Positions 58,588-64,000 of a stretch of 64,000 nt of DNA are shown one piece after another (the first letter of the stretch is position 1; every line of letters begins with the position of its first letter). A program made the position numbers and the translations under genes. A model generated the notes under the pieces. The model was not told where the DNA came from, did no database searches, and saw nothing but the letters and a program-made list of their open reading frames with translations. Source of the DNA: an uncultured candidatus Brocadiaceae bacterium (lineage in GTDB: Bacteria > Planctomycetota > UBA11346); assembly GCA_964652775.1 (NCBI GenBank), contig CAZZAM010000014.1, positions 1,848 through 65,847 of the forward strand. Direction: 5' to 3'.

Positions 58588-61461
58588 TCAGTGCGCCGCC
58601 GCGGCCTTCTTCGGCTCTAGCAGCTTGGCCATGAACTGTGCTTCTTCGGTGAACGACGCGTCGTCCTTGAAGCGTGCGGCAGCCATGTTCGCCGTAGCGA
58701 TGGCCTGCTTGGGCGCGCCGGCGATGGCGGCCGTCCACGCGATCGAGAACCACTTCGGCTTGTAATCGACCTCGTCGGCCCAGGCCTTCAGCACGGCTTG
58801 CCACTGCTTGTCATCGCACAGCGGGGCCATTTGTCCGATCAGCATCGCGGTCGCGTCGCGCAGTCGTTTGTCGTTTTGGCGTTTGACGAAGCGGAGTCGC
58901 TCGCGCAGACCTTTGTCATCAGCAGCGGCGATGGACCCCATGACGCCAGCATGGTGTTCAACTACGTCCAGGGACTCGTCGATGATGTTCAACTTCTTGC
59001 AGGCGTCGCGCGCTTCGGTGACCCGTTTCACCGACTCGGCAAGGCGAGTGCGATTGACTTTGGCCGGTTCGAGGACTTCACCGGCAGCGGACTCATCAGC
59101 GTCATCATCGGTCTTGCCGCGGAGTGCGCGGGAGGCTTCGCCCAGCCAGAATTGTGGGCAGATACGGATCCAGGGTAGATCACCTTCGCGCGAGGCCGAC
59201 GCTGGTCCGGCGCTGCGCAGCATGTGGTTCTTTTTGCCAGCGGCTGGAGGTTTGGCAGCAAGTACTGCCGCCACCAGTTCGTCACGCTTCATATCCAGGG
59301 AATGGACGCGAGCGGCCAAGGCATAGACGCTGAGCGCTTCGGGTGGAGTCGGACCATCGAGGAATGCCAGCTTGGCGAACCACATGTCCAATACATCGCG
59401 GGCATTCTTCAGCATGGGATCCTTGTCGGCGGCGTCTCCCGCATGTTCCAGTTGGGAGATGAGGCAGCCGGAAAACACGCGGGTGATCCGCCTGACCGAG
59501 GCAAACTGGGGATCTTCGGACCACGCGGTAAGCGGGACGTTTTTGGCAGAAAAAATCATCACCATGCGCTGGGTCAGCGCTGCGATAGGGCCGAATGCCG
59601 AACTGGTGAATACCTTGCGAGCGCCTTCGGCGTCACCGACTGCCAACATGACCTGCGAGAGGCGCATGGAGAGTTCGGCGAAGCTGTTGCCAACTTTTGG
59701 CTTCAACTCGTCCAATGAACCAACGATGTCCTGGATCACCTTCTTGGCTTCGTCAGTCTTGCCACCACGGCGCAGAATGCCGATCAGACTCATGCGCTCC
59801 TGGAATAGAGATACAGGATCTTTGACCGCGGCGATCACCTCGCGGTAAAGCTTGGCCGAGGCATCCCATTGGCCGGTGGCGCGGAAAAGTCCGCCGAGTT
59901 CGCTGAAGTTGGCGGGGTCTTTATCTCCTGCTGCAATGAGTTTCTCCATCTTTGCGATGCCGCGCGCGTAGGTCTGATACTGCCAGTCACGCTGCACATC
60001 GATCATCGTCTTGGCGTAGGCCTCATCGGTGAAGATGCGCCAGCCGAGCTGGAACGGGCCGCGCGTGTTTTCGCCTGAGAAGCGCAGCAGGAGGCCGACC
60101 TGATCGGGCGAGAACGGCGCGTTGGGATCGAAGTGCGCGTGCGCGGCGCGCAGGGCGTTGGCCGCTTCGGGATCACGGAAGGCAACCGTTGGGCCGGTTT
60201 GCATGACTTCGACAACCCAGTCATTCCCTTCCTTGTGTGCGGAAGCAAAGGCGGTGTGCGACGGGAGAATCAACAGATGGCCGAAGCGGCCCTGACGCTC
60301 GGCGAGAGTTTGGTAGAGTTCAGCGAGATCATCGCAGTCTCCACGACATTGACCGCCAGTCGTTGCGCCAAGGGTTTGGACAGCCGTTTGGTGGATCTCG
60401 CCTTTGAATTCATTGTTGCCAATAACGAATGGGAAGCGTGGATCTGGACTGTCGTAGACGTAGGTGAAGAAGTACTCGCCGATCAGGTCAAGGTGCGCGG
60501 TGTCGGGCAGGGCTTTCGCTGATTCGGACAGGAAGCGTTCCATCTCAGCGGGCGTGTCGTTGCGAACGGGGACAACGGAACCGCGCAGGGTGATCAATCG
60601 GTTGATATCACCGTCGAGTCCACAGAGGAGCAGATGTGGTGGCAGCAGTCCGGTTGGCGTTGTTCGGCTTTTGCTTTCCTTAACCGCGTTGCGCCAGGTG
60701 CTGAGGTCGGCGACCAACTTGTCATCCTTGGCCGTCCAGGTTGCGAGCGTTGTGGTTCCATGCAGCACGGCAGCGGAGAGTGCTTTGCCAATGTCGCGTA
60801 CGGGATCCGCTTTGGCCGGTAGTTCGACGACCAGGGCCAGTTTGAGACCACGGATGAGTCGCGGGTCGATTAATTCAGGCACTTGATGAGCGACTGATAT
60901 GGCGGTGCGATCGCCCGTGAGGACCCAGCCACCGATGCCGAAAGCGTCGTTGCGTTCTTCGAGATGCGCCTTCTGTGGCCCATCAAATCCATTGATCGCT
61001 TGCGGTATGCACGCATCAGCGACGGCTTTTTCCAGAGCGGTGACACTAGCGAGATCGGCACCGCATTTGCGCAGAGCCCCACCACGTACGGCGCGGCGAG
61101 CAAATTCCGGACTGTAATCATCTGCCCGCGTGGTTGTGCCCTCGCTGGCTAGCTTTTTGACAAAGGCTGCCAATGCGCGTTGCGCTGGCACGTCGGGACC
61201 GTCTTTGGCTGCCTTGACTGATCCGAGGAAGCGTTCGCCAGCGGTGGTGATCGCCTTGCGCTCGGCCGAGCGGTCCGGCGCGGTGACGGTCGCTATTTGC
61301 CACGAACCGGCGGGCACTGCGAGCGCTGCGATCAGCACCGAGCGTTCAGCAAGCTCCTTTTCATCGAGCGTGGTTGGGGCTGGTGCGGGTGTCGGCGCAG
61401 GCACGGCCTCGCCAGAAAAGAGGCTGAAGACGCAGACCAGGAGGGTGCAGGTACGAAGCAT
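58588..61461 (-). CDS. large secreted protein (957 aa) with a possible transglutaminase-like Cys-His core and helical repeats
   Basis: ATG 61461 is preferred over TTG 61494 and opens MLRTCTLLVCVFSLFSGEAVPAP (signal peptide). Mid-protein GGQCRGDCDDLAELYQTLAERQGRFGHLLILPSHTAFASAHKEGNDWVVEV resembles the Cys..His core of transglutaminase-like proteases. That assignment is tentative. Confidence 0.6.
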   Translation of the reverse strand: MLRTCTLLVCVFSLFSGEAVPAPTPAPAPTTLDEKELAERSVLIAALAVPAGSWQIATVTAPDRSAERKAITTAGERFLGSVKAAKDGPDVPAQRALAAFVKKLASEGTTTRADDYSPEFARRAVRGGALRKCGADLASVTALEKAVADACIPQAINGFDGPQKAHLEERNDAFGIGGWVLTGDRTAISVAHQVPELIDPRLIRGLKLALVVELPAKADPVRDIGKALSAAVLHGTTTLATWTAKDDKLVADLSTWRNAVKESKSRTTPTGLLPPHLLLCGLDGDINRLITLRGSVVPVRNDTPAEMERFLSESAKALPDTAHLDLIGEYFFTYVYDSPDPRFPFVIGNNEFKGEIHQTAVQTLGATTGGQCRGDCDDLAELYQTLAERQGRFGHLLILPSHTAFASAHKEGNDWVVEVMQTGPTVAFRDPEAANALRAAHAHFDPNAPFSPDQVGLLLRFSGENTRGPFQLGWRIFTDEAYAKTMIDVQRDWQYQTYARGIAKMEKLIAAGDKDPANFSELGGLFRATGQWDASAKLYREVIAAVKDPVSLFQERMSLIGILRRGGKTDEAKKVIQDIVGSLDELKPKVGNSFAELSMRLSQVMLAVGDAEGARKVFTSSAFGPIAALTQRMVMIFSAKNVPLTAWSEDPQFASVRRITRVFSGCLISQLEHAGDAADKDPMLKNARDVLDMWFAKLAFLDGPTPPEALSVYALAARVHSLDMKRDELVAAVLAAKPPAAGKKNHMLRSAGPASASREGDLPWIRICPQFWLGEASRALRGKTDDDADESAAGEVLEPAKVNRTRLAESVKRVTEARDACKKLNIIDESLDVVEHHAGVMGSIAAADDKGLRERLRFVKRQNDKRLRDATAMLIGQMAPLCDDKQWQAVLKAWADEVDYKPKWFSIAWTAAIAGAPKQAIATANMAAARFKDDASFTEEAQFMAKLLEPKKAAAAH

Positions 61462-61567
61462 GTGCGCACGCTGGAGCGTTTGCCGAGTTGACAAGCGATG
61501 GGTACGGTTTTGTTTGGCAACAACCAGCGGTCACGTGTGGCACACTCCGGTGCATCGCCGCGAAAAT

Positions 61568-64000
61568 TCAGCTCAACGTTTTAACTTCGGCGGGCTCTGG
61601 CACCCAGGCGCCTGAGCGCCACCACAGCGTCCAGCCGGTCGCCTTACCATCCTTTTCAGATGATAAGTAGTGTTCTCCAGCCTTCTTGGCGAAGCGGACG
61701 TGGACTGCGTTTTTCTTGGGGTCCTCGGCCGGGCCGGTTGCTAAGTGACGGTACTTGTCTGGCAGTTCTGCAGCGTGGCGCTGCAGATCGGCGACCGTCG
61801 GATTCTTAGTCTCACGCACGCGCGGGTAGGTACTGGCCGACAAGAACAGGCCGTTGCCGCCATCGCGGAGCATGAAGTGGTCGTCGGCCTTGGTGCAACG
61901 CAACTCGGGCATGTGCACGGGCGGAATTTTCGGCGGTGCGGGCTGACCGCTGCGCAGCAGCTTGCGGGTGTTCTTGCAGTCGGGCCAGCCAGTGCAGGCA
62001 AAGTACTTGCCGAAGCGCCCGGTCTTGAGCTGCATCGGCTTCTCGCACTTGTCGCACGGGAAGGTCGGGCCGTCGTAGCCTTTGATCTTGAACTGGCCTT
62101 CTTCGACTTCGACGCCGGGACAGTTCGGACTGTTGCCACACAGATGCAGTTTGCGCTTCTCATCCAGCAGCCATGCGTCCATCGACGTGCTGCAGAGCGG
62201 ACAGCGACGATGGGCGATGAGCGCAGCAACTTCGGCTTCGCTTGCCTGTGGGGCCTCGTCGCCTTCTTGTTCGTCGACTGGCTTCACGGTTTCGGCTTCG
62301 GCGCCGGTTACCAGATTCATGGTCTTGGCGCAGCGTTCTTTCGCTGGCAGGCCGTAACCGCTACAGGTCAGGAACACGCCGGTGCGGGCGAACTTCACCG
62401 CCATCGGACGTTTGCAGTCGGGGCATGGGATCGGCGTCGGCACCGGCATGACGGCTTCGAGCGTCTTTTCGACGTCGATCAGGCGCGCTTTGAACGGCTT
62501 GTAGAACGCGTCGAGCGTCTTCTTCCAGTCAGCGTTCGCCTCGGCGATTTTATCGAGGTCCAGTTCCATATTCGCGGTGAAACCAAAGTCGAGCAGATCG
62601 GGAAACGCTTTGACCAAGCGATCGGTGGTGATTTCGCCCAGCTTTTCAGCGCGAAAACGGCGCGCATCAAGGCGGACGTAACCGCGATCCTGCACGGTCG
62701 AGATGATCGATGCGTAGGTGGACGGCCGACCGATGCCGCGCTTTTCCATTTCCTTCACCAGTGAAGCTTCTGAAAAACGGCCTGGTGGCTTGGTGAAGTG
62801 CTGGGTTGGATCGAGCCTCTCCAACTTCAGCGTTTCACCGACGGTCAGCTCGGGCAGCACGACGTCATCGGACTTGGCTGGCGGCTGGACCTTGAAGAAA
62901 CCGTCAAAGCGCAACACGCGTCCGCGCACCGCCAATTCACAATCACCGGCGCTGATCGTGACTGTGGTCGTATCAAACTCCGCCGGTGGCATCTGGCAGG
63001 CGACGAACTGGCGCCAGATCAGATCGTAGAGACGCACCGCATCCGACTCGGCTTCAAGCTGGTTCGCGCCGAGGTTTGCATCCGATGGACGGATCGCTTC
63101 GTGTGCTTCCTGAGCACCGGCTTTCGACTTGTACGAGATCGCCTGCTCGGGCAGGTACTCTTTGCCGTAACGCTGCGCGATCAGCTCGCGTGCTGCGGTC
63201 ACGGCCTGTGCCGACAGATTCACGCTGTCGGTACGCATGTAGGTGATGTGGCCGGCTTCGTAGAGCCGTTGTGCCAGCGTCATCGTCTTTTTCACCGAGA
63301 AACCCAGGCGAATCGACGCGGCGGCCTGCAAGGTCGAGGTGATGAACGGCGCTGACGGGAACGAACGCTGCGGCTTGCGCTCGCTGGCGCTGATCCGGTA
63401 CGTCGCGGGCTGCAGAATTTTCAGTGCGGCGTCGATGTGCGCGCGTGTCGTCGGTTCGAACTTGGCGCCACCACGGCGGACGACTTCGGCGCGTATGGGT
63501 GCTTTGCCAACGAGGTCGGCGTGCAGTTGCCAGTATTCGTCCGGTTTGAACGCCTTGATCTCGCGCTCGCGATCAACGATCAGGCGAACGGCCACCGATT
63601 GAACGCGACCAGCGCTCAGCCCGCGTGCGACCTTCGCCCACAACAGTGGCGACACTTGAAAGCCGACGACGCGATCGAGGAAACGTCGCGCCTGCTGCGC
63701 GTCGACGCGGTCCTGATTGATGTGACCTGGGTTGGCGAATGACTCTTGAATCGCTGCCTTGGTGATTTCGTTGAAGGTCACGCGAGCGAAGCGCGAATCG
63801 GGACCGCCGATGCATTCCTTGAGATGCCACGCGATCGCTTCTCCTTCGCGGTCCAAGTCGGACGCAAGCCAGACCTTCTCGGCCTTCTCGGCCGCGGCGC
63901 GCAGTTCAGCGATGACCTTTTCCTTGCCCGGCACGATTTCGTAGGTCGCTTCCCAGCCACGCTCAGGATCAACGCCCATCCGGCGGACCAGGGCGTCGGC
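61568..64000 (-). CDS. topA: DNA topoisomerase I, 5' end off the right edge
   Basis: The frame stays open to nt 64000 (..ADALVRRMGVDPERGWEATYEIVPGKEKVIAEL). TOPRIM motif ASDLDREGEAIAWHL. SAGRVQSVAVRLIVDREREI. Active-site region GHITYMRTDS. C-terminal Cys4 zinc ribbons and SSEKDGKATGW. Colinear and highly similar to E. coli TopA as I recall it. Confidence 0.95.
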   Translation of the reverse strand, partial: ADALVRRMGVDPERGWEATYEIVPGKEKVIAELRAAAEKAEKVWLASDLDREGEAIAWHLKECIGGPDSRFARVTFNEITKAAIQESFANPGHINQDRVDAQQARRFLDRVVGFQVSPLLWAKVARGLSAGRVQSVAVRLIVDREREIKAFKPDEYWQLHADLVGKAPIRAEVVRRGGAKFEPTTRAHIDAALKILQPATYRISASERKPQRSFPSAPFITSTLQAAASIRLGFSVKKTMTLAQRLYEAGHITYMRTDSVNLSAQAVTAARELIAQRYGKEYLPEQAISYKSKAGAQEAHEAIRPSDANLGANQLEAESDAVRLYDLIWRQFVACQMPPAEFDTTTVTISAGDCELAVRGRVLRFDGFFKVQPPAKSDDVVLPELTVGETLKLERLDPTQHFTKPPGRFSEASLVKEMEKRGIGRPSTYASIISTVQDRGYVRLDARRFRAEKLGEITTDRLVKAFPDLLDFGFTANMELDLDKIAEANADWKKTLDAFYKPFKARLIDVEKTLEAVMPVPTPIPCPDCKRPMAVKFARTGVFLTCSGYGLPAKERCAKTMNLVTGAEAETVKPVDEQEGDEAPQASEAEVAALIAHRRCPLCSTSMDAWLLDEKRKLHLCGNSPNCPGVEVEEGQFKIKGYDGPTFPCDKCEKPMQLKTGRFGKYFACTGWPDCKNTRKLLRSGQPAPPKIPPVHMPELRCTKADDHFMLRDGGNGLFLSASTYPRVRETKNPTVADLQRHAAELPDKYRHLATGPAEDPKKNAVHVRFAKKAGEHYLSSEKDGKATGWTLWWRSGAWVPEPAEVKTLS

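Noticed and set aside
1-64000. tRNA, rRNA or other canonical RNA genes.
   Set aside because: I scanned the intergenic regions by eye for the T-loop consensus GGTTCGAATCC and for rRNA-like stretches and found none. All gaps over 150 bp are either hairpin elements or short unstructured spacers.

Overview
Densely coding, high-GC bacterial chromosomal window. Hand counts of sample 60-nt lines give about 58-62% G+C, with a few islands at about 42-50%. I can support 43 protein-coding genes, two of them cut by the window edges. I found no rRNA, tRNA or CRISPR array.

Gene content by region:
- 0.4-18 kb: carbohydrate-utilisation region. It holds a Kelch propeller, a PhyH dioxygenase, a GH2 glycosidase with a discoidin domain, a 693-aa unknown, a mutarotase-like protein, a PIG-L deacetylase, an SMP-30 lactonase, an SDR, a low-GC 875-aa orphan, and three paralogous AraC regulators.
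- 18.2-22.8 kb: an FHA-GAF-PP2C phosphatase overlapping by 4 bp a Ser/Thr kinase with a long sensor tail.
- 23-28 kb: minus-strand sugar-acid operon (AstE/AspA-type deacylase, enolase-superfamily enzyme, lactonase, SDR, FAH hydrolase) with a divergent GntR regulator.
- 29-33.5 kb: two tandem alpha/beta-hydrolase paralogs, a beta-helix protein and a second enolase-superfamily enzyme.
- 33.5-39 kb: orphan secreted and membrane proteins, one ending in LysM.
- 39-64 kb: housekeeping genes (ChdC/HemQ, BI-1-like, thioredoxin-fold lipoprotein, XerC/D-type recombinase, gltX, metG, topA) mixed with signalling genes (CHASE hybrid histidine kinase, REC-RsbW-like kinase, a 1651-aa TPR protein with a C39-like peptidase core).

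The least explained signal is non-coding. There are 11 long imperfect inverted repeats whose arms are built from short tandem oligomers (GTTCGCG, GCAGAGGC, GGAATGCT, polypurine GGAAGAAGG, CCCAGGGC). They occupy 11 of the 14 intergenic gaps of 150 bp or more. Eight of them start 3-27 nt after the stop codon of a minus-strand gene.

I did not recognise a known defence, CRISPR, retron, DGR or prophage module.

Limits: no homology or structure search could be run. All family calls rest on motifs read by eye from the ORF translations, and all repeat alignments were done by hand.
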